A stretch of DNA of 64,000 nucleotides, from the NCBI GenBank assembly GCA_051362555.1, contig CM120644.1, positions 19,552,534 through 19,616,533 on the forward strand. The letters are read 5' to 3'. The notes beneath the pieces are model-generated. The model saw nothing but the letters and a program-made list of their open reading frames with translations, did not search any database and was not told where the DNA came from. Positions 36,211 through 48,007 of this stretch are shown piece after piece. Both the position numbers and the translations under genes were made by a program. Numbering within the stretch: the first letter of the stretch is position 1; every line of letters starts with the position of its first letter. Source of the stretch: Lingula anatina (lineage: Eukaryota; Animalia; Brachiopoda).

Positions 36211-38859
36211 GTATGCCCTTTTAAATACACCCTTCCTCTGCCTTCCTCTTCCTGTAATGTTGTGTAGAGTATGAAACTCTAGAAACAGAAATCTGTTCAG
36301 TACTAGTTACTGTTGTCACAGGCAGGGGTAAAACAAGAAGGGGTGGTTGGGGCAAAAGTGGTCTCAAAGGTGCAGTTGGAGCCTTAGTTGGCCTTCCTCT
36401 TTTTTTTGGGAAGTGAAGCAGTGCCTGCTGTGTTTGGTGGAGTGACAGGCCTCATTTCAGTCTATTTATTGTTGGATCTTTTTTTCAGATTTAATCTTGA
36501 TCTTTTATAATGTATGCCTTGTGTGAAACCATGGATACAGTAGCAGTAGTAGTAGAATTTTACTGGCATGCGTGCACTGTACAGTATTACTTTTGCCTTT
36601 TGGCTCATCCGGTTGAATATGGGTATTTCTAGATTTGATTTGCTTCGTCATCTACAAAAAAGTTCCCTTTTATTACTCCTTATTTCTAATTTTAATAAAG
36701 GAAATGGAAATATGACTTGCTTTTATCAAAAACATCTCTGTGAATGCAAGAATTGTCATCCCGTTTAGTCTTACTTTCCTAAATTATTGCATGTTCACGG
36801 ATTGTGATCAGTGCATTTTAATCAAAATATCAATAAAATGGATAAATTCCACTTGATTCTTGGTTCTTTTTGACTGTAAGACATCTGCAGTAGAAGATAT
36901 CTGGAGGAAGAGGTGTCTTGAGGCTCATGTAGTAAGACTGGCTGTGCACTTGTCCTGACTCCATTTCTGCAGCAGTTGTAGGCAACTGATACACTTCACT
37001 CTGCAACTGCAATCCAAAAGTCATATTTAAAATCCTACATTGTTAAAAGAGATTACAATAACAATTTGCATTAAGACCAAATGGCACAAGATGTATTCTT
37101 TAATGTGATGAACTATTTATGCTTTTTGTATGTTCCCAAAAAGATTTTTTTTCTTTAGCAGTTGGAAGGTCTGCACATGAACACTTACATCATCCTCCAT
37201 GCATGTTGTCATGTTTAAATTTTCACTCCACTTTCTCATCTCCTCCTGATTTGTGAAAGTCCTCACTTTCCTACAAAACAGAAAATAAATTATACCACCT
37301 AAATAAAACAAAAATCTTAATGGTTACATGGGATGCAAACAAGAGGACAAAGGCAATTTTAAGTTGTACTGTCGTAACTTTATCAGACTTTGGTCCATTA
37401 TGGAAAAAGTATGAATTAAGAGCATCAAAAACTCAGTTGTTATATATAAATAACTTATAACTTTTTTTATTTTGCACTGAATGCTGTGGATCTGTTGTTC
37501 TACTTTTAATGGATTTATGGATTTTTACCTGCCGCTGTAGTGACGTTTATTTTGTTGGTGTCTTCTTATCTTCATTTTTAAAAACTTTGTGTTTGGACTG
37601 TTGCTCAGGCCAATCTCCTCTGTGATCTGGATAAAGAATAAAAAGAAATTATCATTGTATCACTCAAAATTCATACATTCAGGTTTTATAATTTTGTATA
37701 ATCTGTTTAAATCATACTTTTTTTCAAGCTCATTTTATTTCACAGTATAATTTTTATAAAGCAAGGTGGCACAGATGTTGAAAAATGATAATTAAGATAA
37801 ATAAATGTATCCCAAAAGTTTGTATAAAAATAGCATATTACAGTGGTATCATAATATACTCACAGCAGTGATGGCAGAATGCATCTTATCTGCATCTTTA
37901 CTACCTCCAACGCCAATCCTAACAGTCCAGGTCTTGACAGATTGCTGAATTTAAAAAAAATGTGGAGAATAATAATAATAATCAAAGTAAATCCAAATCT
38001 GCTGAGAAAGGGCATTTTGCTAAATACTGTCTTATTTGACAATGTTCTGCTTTTATAATATGCAGGTATTAATCATTCCAGTAAAATTGTGCTATAAATA
38101 CGCAAAGAAAAAACATTTCATTGAAGAAAAATGTTTGTTAAACGTCTTAAGACAAAAAAGCCTTGTAAACTTTGGTAAACTCACATCATCATCAGCTGCA
38201 TAACATATTCAGCTACTGGTGAAGCATTCTTGTTCTGCAGTGCTGTAGCAGAAGCATGTTTCGTTAAATAACAATTCACAGTGCATATATATTTGTACCC
38301 TCTGTGCGATTCTTCCATGGTTACAGGGTTTATTCCTATCTGTAAGTGCAAAAATAAAAGTGTTGCTAAATGTAAGAAAATTATGCATTTTTGCACTTAA
38401 GGCATACTTATTTGATTTCTAAGTCAGTGTGTTCTTTAGATATTCATTGTAATTAAAACTTTTTCTACTTATGTAATTATAACTTTTATAAGGCTCAAAA
38501 TGCAATCCACGACTCCATAGTTTGTGTCAGCTTTACGCATTGCCGCTCAAAGAAAACCCAAGGACACATAATGACCAGTTTAATGGTTTATTTCTTGATG
38601 CTCTCTACATTCATATTAAAAAATATATTAAAAAAGTATATTAAAAAAGTATATTTAAAAAAAAAAGCACCAATCAGATGCATGAAGGGCTTATGAACAT
38701 TTAGTCATTACATACATAGTGAGAAAGCATTGTGCTGCACTCCAAAAGGAACAGAAGAGTAATATATATAATTTACTTTGTATATAAATAATTTAAAAAA
38801 GTTATTTTGATAATAGTGTTGGAACTGTAATAATTGGATAAAATGGAAACATGTTCCAT

Positions 38860-39612
38860 CTTTACCTGCTTTGACGATCTTGTCCTCACTAATTGAGGCA
38901 TGTATTTTCATGGGCAATTCAGTCCTTATGCCTTCCTCGCTGGTAATTGAGATAAGTCCCTTTGCAATTTCTTTATTCATTGCTGTTTCCCCTTCTAACT
39001 CTTCAGTTAGGAAGGGTAAATCCCCATTGTTAGAGGAGGAAAAAGCAATCAGTGTCAATTGTTTATCTATATCCATGCTTGGTTGTATCTGAAATGAACA
39101 AAGAAGACATACCTAAAACATTGTATTTGTTAGTTATTATATAAAACATTTAATTGTAGTGAAATTACAGGTCTAGGGACAGTGTTGAAAAGAAAAACAG
39201 TTGTTACCACATCTTTTGCATTGTTAATGTGGCATACTAGGCGTTTTTCAAATGAGTTGAAACTGTTGTCATGGAATTCTGCAGACCTGCCGACCTTGAC
39301 TGGTGAAGATGAGGCATCACGCCACAAGTTTGGAATGGAGTCAGTTGCATCTTCTACTATGACGGTAGTCATTTTGGTGGCTACTCCATTTACCTCCACA
39401 TCTTTGGAATTGTTGATGTGGCACACCAGTCTTTTTTCAAAAGAGTTGAAACTTATTTGTCTCTTAAATTCTGCCAAGCTTCCAACCTTGACAGGAGAAC
39501 TAGAGGCATCTCGTCATAGATTTCCAGTTATTGAGTCTGTTTCTTCTTGCACCATGAGGGTTGTTATCTTTGTCAGTTGTCCTTTGACTATAAGGTTCTT
39601 TGTTGTTTCAAT
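38860..39612 (-). pseudogene. OB-fold (RPA-like ssDNA-binding) coding remnant with internal tandem duplication
   Basis: Twice-repeated TK.TT..V...TDSI..NLWRDASSSPVKVG..AEF...SFNSFEKRLVCHINN. Splice acceptors at 39612 and ~39090. Stops and frameshifts present. Confidence 0.6.
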
Positions 39613-39936
39613 CTGTAAAAAGAGAATTCAACAAAAGAAACTATTTACAAATAAAAAATAAGCCTGCATTATGATGCATTGGTTTTGAAACCCCTTATGA
39701 AAATTTCCTATAGGATTTCCTATAGGAAATCTTATTAACTGCTTAGAATATTTTTACAGCTCTTTATATATTGTGAAGTACTTGGCAAAAATTGGTAGCT
39801 CTGGTCCTTCAAAACAAAAGAGAGTATCATGTTTATATCCTTTATTCAATATGTACAAAGTGTGTACATCTTCAACATACAACATATAATTCTGATTTAG
39901 GGTAGTAGTTCATCCCTTGAGTTATGACTAAGAATT

Positions 39937-41413
39937 TTAAACATAAGTCTTTTGTACATTGTTAAGCTTCGCAGTAATTGCTTTCTTTACTTCTGTTGAT
40001 GACATGTTAAACCATCTGCAGACATATTCTGAAAAAAAAAAACATTGTTTGTTCAGTTTGCTGTTTACAAAAATGCAAAATAGGGGGGAAAATTTTTCTA
40101 ATCAGATAAATAATAATTGCACCAATTCTATTTCGAGCAATTCATTGCCTTTATCAGTTAACAGCATTTTATCAAAGACGAGGGATTAAAGTAAAAATAT
40201 GAAGAACCAAATTGTTTAAAAGTGATACTGGCTGCTAGAATTTTATGCAAATGGAACCCATTATTATTGCACAATCTAAATTATTAGCGAAACATAAGGA
40301 TATCTGAAACAATAAGATTTGTCAGCTTTTGTAGAAATCAGCCACAACTTATTATCATGCTTACCACACAATGCCACCACCTTCGTCTGGTCAAGCTGTG
40401 GCTTAACCATTTTTTCTCTGTGTGCATTGGAACTCTTCCCAGTCAGAGAATGTGTTGCTAGGAGCTCTCTTGTCCAAATCATGTCCATTAAAACATAAAC
40501 AAATTTCCTCAGATCCCTATTCAAATCCAACACTTGCTTCTCCTCCCTCCTGATCTTTAATCCTGGGTGAAGCAGCACCTACAAAGACAACAGAAAATAT
40601 CAATCACTTATACACCTTTATGGATTAGTAAGCTGGATTAACAGACATCAACAATATAGATACATATTCAACTACCAAATTAACATGTAAAAAATTCTAT
40701 CAAAAATAATTCTAAATACAAACAAGGCACCAAAGCTGTTAAATGTAAAGACTGATTCCCCATAAAATACAGGAAGCATTTTTACTAATTTACTAATCAA
40801 GTTGAACAGTTTATGTAAATTTATGTCTGTGAAATAAAAAGATCCATTCCACTGATGAATTGTTTCAAAAATAAGACAATGCAATTTGCCAAATCCTAGA
40901 CCACGTAAATTCTTTTTACTGCTTGTCTAGGGAGATATAAATCTGTTTGTCCCTGATTTACCACTTGTGAATTATGAATATGATAATACTCAACAGACTG
41001 CATCCAAAAGTGTCACTTAAGTTGTCAGTTTGTTTTGGAGACAACACTAGAATTTGTCTTCTCTTGACTGTCAGTTCTTCAATTAATGCTCCTATGTTTT
41101 GTAGCTTTCTCACAGGACCTATGTCATCAAATCTGTCGAATGCAGCTGTATGAGAATGCCTAAAATCAACAGCATTTTAGCAACATTTCAAGAGAGTCTC
41201 CATCAGATGTCTCTTTCACCTCAAAACAATCCTTGCCCTTTCCTCCTGCTGGCCATCATTGGTCATTACAGTAGCAGCTCTGCCTGTTGTGGACGTGGTG
41301 GTGGTGGTGGTTGACTTTGCTGCTGATGCTGGCCTGCTATCAATATACTGCTGCCACATCATATTGGCACGAGCAAGTAGTCGCCGTATTTCTCTTGGAA
41401 TGTCCTCTGCCAT
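39937..41413 (-). pseudogene. BEN-domain protein gene (last two exons open; 5' exon damaged)
   Basis: Exon 40578-40365 (RKFVYVLMDMIWTRELLATHSLTGKSSNAH...KPQLDQTKVVALC) splices in phase 1 to 40028-39937 (EYVCRWFNMSSTEVKKAITAKLNNVQKTYV*). Upstream ATG at 41413. Confidence 0.75.
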
Positions 41414-41769
41414 ATCTAATTTCAGTATGATGTGATTGAACGCAATCCTACTATAATATACTGAACTATATCATGACAATACGAGCACAATGAACCACAT
41501 GTACTTGCATAATATGTGGAATCGAAAACATGGAAAAGGTCAAGGACGTTTCAGAGCACTGACTGTGCGCGAGAGCCATCTGGTGTTAAGTCTGCGAATG
41601 ACCGTTTGCGGTAACTGACTTTTGAATAGTTTATTGATAGTTAGATTATGACGAATGATTAAAATGACCAAAACTAATTTAGTAGAATTAAGTTTAGATA
41701 GTTAAAGTAGGTTTTCGCTGTTAAATAGTGCCGATAGATTGTTGAATTGAGGTCTGCATTTTTTGCGTG

Positions 41770-42520
41770 AATGGCGTTTAATACCGATGCATCAGGGCAC
41801 TCTACATTCGTCAGAAACAATGTACTTGGCTTCATTTCAGAGGAAATTATTTGCGCATAAATAACTAATCTTTTGTTGTTGGCGATGTCTGTGCTTTCAT
41901 CAGCAAGTGCTTTAACTACTGGTGATTCCCTTAGAGACTCTGTTATTTTTCTATCGACAACATTTGAAAGACTGTCTAAAAATCCGGAGTAATTCGTTGC
42001 TGAGTCATACATGATGTTGGACTGTTTCAGAAGTGATGTTGCTTTGAGATCATCCAGGGTTAATTCATGAAAGAAATTGTCAATGACTAAAGCCTTGTAT
42101 TTTATCAGGGGTATGTCTTCTGTCGCCAACCAATGGACGCATTTCAGGAGCACAGTCATAGCAGTGTCCAATTTTGAAGATCGTTACCTTTCAACTGCCT
42201 TTATGTCAGCTTGGAGAAGGGATGCTTCAATAAGCATCTTGTGTTCCGGCAGATTTGCGTGCCTTGTCAGGGTTGAATTTTGGAAATTTGTATTCCCCAA
42301 TTTGCACAAGTTGCAAAACATATAGCTGGCCAACTTGTCCTCTGAAAAACACAACCAGCTGTATTTTTGTAGCCAGGAGTGATTAAAATTTTGCTTCAGT
42401 TTACTTGCGCCTTGTGTTTCAGACTGAGAGCTAGGTTTTGTCGTGAGATACACTGATATTCCCGTTCTCGAACAATAACGTTCCTTGTTTTGGATCATAT
42501 TTAAGTCTTTTGGCCGCCAT
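41770..42520 (-). mobile_element. hAT transposase remnant (ZNF862/DUF4371-like)
   Basis: TTF-type finger FNHSWLQKYSWL...MFCNLCK...FQNSTLTRH...EH; WLATEDIPLIKY; ALADESTDIANNKRLVIY. Confidence 0.85.
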
Positions 42521-42789
42521 ATGTTCTCATTCTTGTTCTGGCGTGCTGGACGCTGGGAGCATATGTTATACGTTCTGTTCTAAAGAGCTCTCAAATGTAC
42601 TTTTGTTTTTCATTGACGAAGCTTATGATTGGTTCACGTAAACTAACTTAGACCAATCAAATGTAACGAAACAAAAGCGAGAAAAACACAACAACAAACA
42701 GAAATATTTTAGGCCTAGGTTTTTAATCGGCAAGATTACAACACTTTTGAAAGTAATTAGTTGTGGCTGTCATACATTAGGGTCAAATG

Positions 42790-43680
42790 ACACACTAGAT
42801 CATATTTTGTGCATCATTTTAAGGATTTATGCGTATTTTACACCTGACACAAACATAAATAAAACACTGATGTTGCTAGCTTCTTTTCTTTAAGTTGCTG
42901 ATCTTCATTGACCTGCATTTCTAATGACTTGAGTTCCTGGTTCAGTGATCCCAGTTTACAAAGCCCACCAGCACACTGCTGCTTTTACTGTAGAAAAGGT
43001 CAGATTTAATTTTAATTTCATCGAACAGAAGAGAAACATTCTTCTGATGTTCTGCAAGCTCTGAAAACTTGACAGCAGTAAGATGTCATTTTAAACTACT
43101 TGGACTCACACCACTAGAGATTGAGCCTGCATTCTCATAATCAAACAAAGTTCTGCAAGTGGGAAGTTTCATAAAACCACTTTGTGAAATGAATTCATAT
43201 GCAGTAGATGACATGGCCCCCAGATTCATGCACCATTTCATCATGGTTAAATGCCACCTCATTTGTTTTGCACTTTTCTTTTGGGTTGCCTGCAGCTGCT
43301 CTGTCCACAGGAGTTCTTGTACGGAACCTTCTGGAAACTCTGATGTGTTTGACTGAAGGATGTCAACCAACTTATCATGCAAATCTGGTGAGACACTGAC
43401 TCCTTCTTCCACACTCCGATTTTCAATTTTCCTCAGCTTTTCTTCTCTCTTTTTGTTCTGCTTCCGTCCAGCCTTTTCCACTTCCTTCACCATTTTTAAG
43501 CGTTCACTGTACAGTTAGGCTATTGATGGGGGCATGGCTGCTTGGACTGGTGTTGGACTTGTTTTCTTTGTTGGTTTCTCTATGGAAGATGCTCAGTAGC
43601 GTAGGCCTGCATTTGGCACAAGGTGCACATTTTTCATTATTACTGGTAATTAACACTGGACATTCAGATTGTCTTACTGT
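42790..43680 (-). mobile_element. P-element/THAP9-like transposase remnant
   Basis: MRWHLTMMKWCMNL...SSTAYEFI..SGFMKLPTCRTLFDY...SG; LLFDEIKIKSDLFY. Confidence 0.85.
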
Positions 43681-44169
43681 TGAAAAAAGGTTTGGCCCCT
43701 AATCTTGATGGAAAAATTGCTTTCCTTGGCAATGACTATTTACACAGGAATATATAGAAAACTGCAAGTCCATCTTTATTGTGGTTCCTGCATAACTGAA
43801 TAATACTGTCCCCACTGCTCCCTACACAGATTTTACCACATTTCTGATGCAGTAAAATCAATTCAGAGTTCGAAGTTATCTTCTCTGGTACATCACTGAA
43901 GATAGGATTCCTGGTGTTTGAGGTTTTGCTTGAGCACAGCCCACAAATTCTCAATTTGATCAAGGTCCGTACTCTCTGGTGGCATTTTAAACTAGTTGAT
44001 ATTATTGTCTTTATTGAATTGCTTTGCCATTAAAGTGTTTTACTCTATTTCTAAAAGCAGTAAAATACACTTCTGGTGCTTACTGAGAGTATTGTCTGTT
44101 CCTCCTGTTTGGTAGGAACAGCACTGCTTTGTAGTATAATGGAATCTTTTCTAGAGCGTGATGCGTCTG

Positions 44170-44302
44170 TCTTGAGCACTGATCTGGAGGGATCTAGGAC
44201 CTCACATGGTTGGCTGTTACTTTATATGTGGGCATCCCAGCGCAGTCCCCATAAGCGCAACCGAAATCCCAGGATCCTCTTGGCAGTGACAGAAAACACT
44301 AC
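44170..44302 (+). repeat. Second copy of the 34985-35112 repeat
   Basis: Direct similarity. Confidence 0.8.
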
Positions 44303-44309
44303 ACCAATT

Positions 44310-44440
44310 TGCTGGTGTACTTTGAGTCCATTGCCTTGCAAAAATCTATGTTTATCTGTCATTTTGTCCGTAATGAATGGAACCAGATATCCCCGTAAAA
44401 CCTCCACAAAAAGTTCATTGATTTTCACTTTTCTAATGTA
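44310..44440 (-). mobile_element. Tc1-like DDE fragment
   Basis: EVLRGYLVPFI...HRFLQGNGLK (degenerate HRFxQDNDPKH). Confidence 0.5.
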
Positions 44441-44974
44441 AATATGTGACAATGCATTTAACTCACCTATGCCTATCCTTGAAATAATAAATAGTAAGTC
44501 ACAGCCGTGAAATTGAAAAAGAACAAAATGTGAAGTAGGTCTTTCTCCAATGAAGTCACTGGGTGGAGTGAAATGAAATGTCCAAACTAATGGGAGTATC
44601 CCTAAACTTAAAGTTATCACTTATGCAAATGAACGTTGCATCAGATGTGCCAAAACGCCGGCTTCTCAAGCACATTAAAAGTGCTAACTAAATCCTACAG
44701 TGATTCAATATCAAGTATCACCAATTAATAATCTTAACTATTTTTTTGCCTTGACAAAATATGAAATTATGAAACAAATCTGCCGTCCCTTTGCTATAAT
44801 CAGTTTATCGCAGATATTACTGAAGTTACCACAAGGACCAAAATACATTTGCAAATGTCAAATATCAAACAAGGTAAATTAATGTACAGTACAGTCAGTT
44901 GCAGCCTCTTTTTCTGTCCGTCTCACACCCAAAAGAAGTCTTTGGCAACTTAATACCTTCACATAGTGTAGCAA

Positions 44975-45830
44975 ACTACTAGCCATCAGATGAGGAGGCA
45001 TTGGCACCAACCATATACCAAACAAAGTTGTACTCAGCATCAACTATGGCGAGCAGGACAATGGAAAAGAACCCCTTGTAATTAAAGTACAATGAGCCAC
45101 TGTTGTTTGGCTTCTTGATTGCCACGTTTCCCATCTATTTCTCCACATGTGAAATGAAAGTTCCGCCTCGAACTAAATTTGCGCACTACATCCTTCCAGC
45201 CATCTGCAGTTGAGGGTGATGTGAAGAGTTTGACCTTGTTCTCCTCATATCATATCTGTACACACTTCTGGTATGAACTTGGATATGGTGTTATGAGCCA
45301 CCCTGAAGTTGAATGCCAGACTGCAGTAGCTTGCCCCTGTTGCCAGGAACCGCAAGGTGATGGCAAGTTTCAATCCTGGTTCCAATGGTCTACGGCCTCT
45401 TAAACATAGAGCAAGGAAATTGGTGAATACATTATTATGGAACATAATGATGTTTAATCTAAAAATGTATGTATTTAATATCACTACTCTTATCTAATCA
45501 TTGCGGTGGAAGTGGCTAATGTTTTCATTCACTCCTATCACTCTTGGTAATCCTTGGAGTGACTCAAAGGAGGAGTTCAGTGAACAGGTTTTGGTCGACC
45601 CGTAGGTATTTCATAAAGTCACCCTGTGATTCCCATTCAAGCTCTATGAAAAGTGTATGGTACTGTCCAAAGAACCTTTTCCTCTCTATCCAAGGTCGCA
45701 CCCAGAATCACCTAGCTCTTGGATGGCTCTGTTTCTCTTGCTCTCTGATTAAGGCCATCAAAACTAGGTTGTGCTCGTGTTCAACTTTGTAAAAAATTTT
45801 GTTTATTCTTTCTGTTATATACATTTTGTG
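44975..45830 (-). mobile_element. Harbinger transposase remnant (second family)
   Basis: WVRPWIERK..FGQYHTLFIEL...F.KYLR; RRPLEPGLKLAITLRFLATGASY.SL.F.FRVAHNTIS; IKKP.NSGSLYFNYKGFFSIVLLAIVDAEYNF. Confidence 0.9.
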
Positions 45831-45982
45831 TGCCATGTCTCTGATATAATTTAGTCTATATTTAGATCTAACAGGACCAGGTGCCTTTTTGTTTTCTTCA
45901 TCTAAAGAATCATGCAAAGAATCATCATAATGTTACGGTAAAAAAATTAAAGTAACAAAAATTAAAAATGAAATGAAATTAA

Positions 45983-46613
45983 AGTCATAATAACTCTTCG
46001 TTTTGGCCAAAAATACGATTTTCCTGGAAAAAACAGCAATTTTCCCGTACTTACCAATGGTCAACGACCCCATTCCTGCATTCAAAGTTAATCCAGGTTT
46101 TTTTTCCTAAACGTACGGTTTTTTGTTAAAATCTCTTAAGAGATTTTAACTGACGGAGCCCTCTCGTATCGAGCAATAGTTTCTGGTGACCTACTTAAAA
46201 CCGCGGGAAAAGCAGACAACAACAACACTATATAACAATATTATAAGATTCATAAGATGTATTCGTCTTTTTGCTCAAAATGCATTTATATCTACAATGT
46301 GTGCAATTCTGGGCTTTTCGTTATCCGACGCACTGTACAAAAACTCGCAACGTACGTCTGAGGGTTTCCCGCCATGTTATTTTGGTCTCGAATGAATGCG
46401 AGAATCCGCGTGACACCTAAACGTCATCTGGCAACGGATGCACTTGTCAACCGCGAAGAAAGGCATCGTAAGCCCAAGTGACAAGCACAGATTTTAGTTT
46501 TACTACAATAACAGTCGTTTTAGTGGGAAAATGCAATAGAATATATTTCCAGGCGTTGTTTACAATGTATTTCTTGCGGAATTTTGAATCTCAAAGGAAG
46601 AGTTATTATTGCT
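45983..46613. mobile_element. Longer Kolobok-like non-autonomous element related to the TTAA MITEs
   Basis: TTAA|AGTCATAATAACTCTTC...GAAGAGTTATTATTGCT|TTAA; shares the AAAATCTCTTAAGAGATTTT palindrome. Confidence 0.75.
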
Positions 46614-47814
46614 TTAATGTTTTTTGCAACTAAAATTATTATAAACAATTGTCAAAATTTGAATGTAGAGGTAATCATTTCATTTATGCAATTTAAATGA
46701 GTTAACACAGCCAATAGAGATTACAACTTTTTTTAACTCCTAAGATTCCTTTTGGCTGTGTTCATGGTAGTCACCATTTTGCTCCAAAAGTTGTCTTCCC
46801 TATGATTGGGGTAAAATTTATGGACAGTATTTCTTATGAACCCCACTCTAACAACGTCCATCGACGCGCGTTTGTCTTGGTCTTTGGATGATCCCTTAAT
46901 ATTCCTTGTCGGGTCTGTTCTTTTAGTAGTAGTAAAAAGGCTTCGGCTCTACTATTTTGTCATTCATGAGTTATTGTATATCGTCCATTTTCTTATGAAG
47001 TTCCTCCAGTTTGTCCATAATTTTAACAGGTACCCTCTACAATCGCACTGCAACACAGACGCAGGTTGCTCTTGACCATTATTGGCCCTGCTGCACCTAG
47101 GGCCAGCAAGGGTCCAGGCTAAATATTCAAATAACCAAGAAATGTAACTATTGGTATCAACTGCAGCAAGGGAAGAAGTCTTTCTGACTTGGATTTTTTC
47201 AGCATTTCTCAAAAAAGATTTTGTAGTTCACTGTATTTAAAAAACAAATAATATATACATCTACAGCAGACATGCTGAAAACTCTGAGGGCAATGCAGGC
47301 CAATTGGCCTGCTTAGATCTGAATATTGCAGGCCCGGACAAGATATTGCCGGCCCAAATGTTTTTCGCATTAATTTGTATATTTACCCTATTTCGCGTAA
47401 AAACTGTGCACTTTTAACTTCTGCTTTATACACTTTCAAAGGACAGTTGAGTAGCAATTAGGTGATTAAAAATCAAATAACTGCATCTTTGAATAGATCT
47501 TTTATTGAAGAGACATTTTACTGCTCAGATAACATCTGGGTAATATATGACTTAGAGGTAAACTAAGGGCCAAAAAGGCATCAAAACTCACAGAAAACAA
47601 ATTTTCCATAGGTAAACTGCAATTTTTGTAGACTAACCTTAAACCAGGCCTTACCTGAGCTAAATCATCCATCTAAACTACCCAAGAGCACTTTTCCAAG
47701 TTTTGAGTTTCTTAGCAGCTTTAGACAAAATGTCAAATTATCCCAACCTACACATGACTTTAACTTGCATTATATAGAGCTTAACAGTAAATTGTATAAC
47801 TCTGAAGTATCGAA

Positions 47815-48007
47815 TAAAAGTACTGATGGAATAAAAGTACTGGGTGGAAAGAATTTTAATATTTAATAAAAGTACTGATGGAATTAAAGTACTGGGTGGA
47901 AAAAAATCTCGAAATTTAATAAAAGTACTGGATGGAATAAAATAAATAAATAAAATAAAGAAGAAGAAGAGAAAGAAAATGAAAGTACTGGATGGAATAA
48001 AAAATAT
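47815..48007. repeat. AAAGTACTG(A)TGGAATAA minisatellite, continuing after the 7.1-kb insertion at 55144-55185
   Basis: Repeated AAAAGTACTG units. The AATAAA..AAGAAGAAGAG.AAAGAAAA unit resumes right of 55143. Confidence 0.75.

Noticed and set aside
39937-41413. Functional link between this BEN protein and the flanking TCGCGA arrays
   Set aside because: Only proximity supports it; the elements inserted independently and the motif differs from the BANP site
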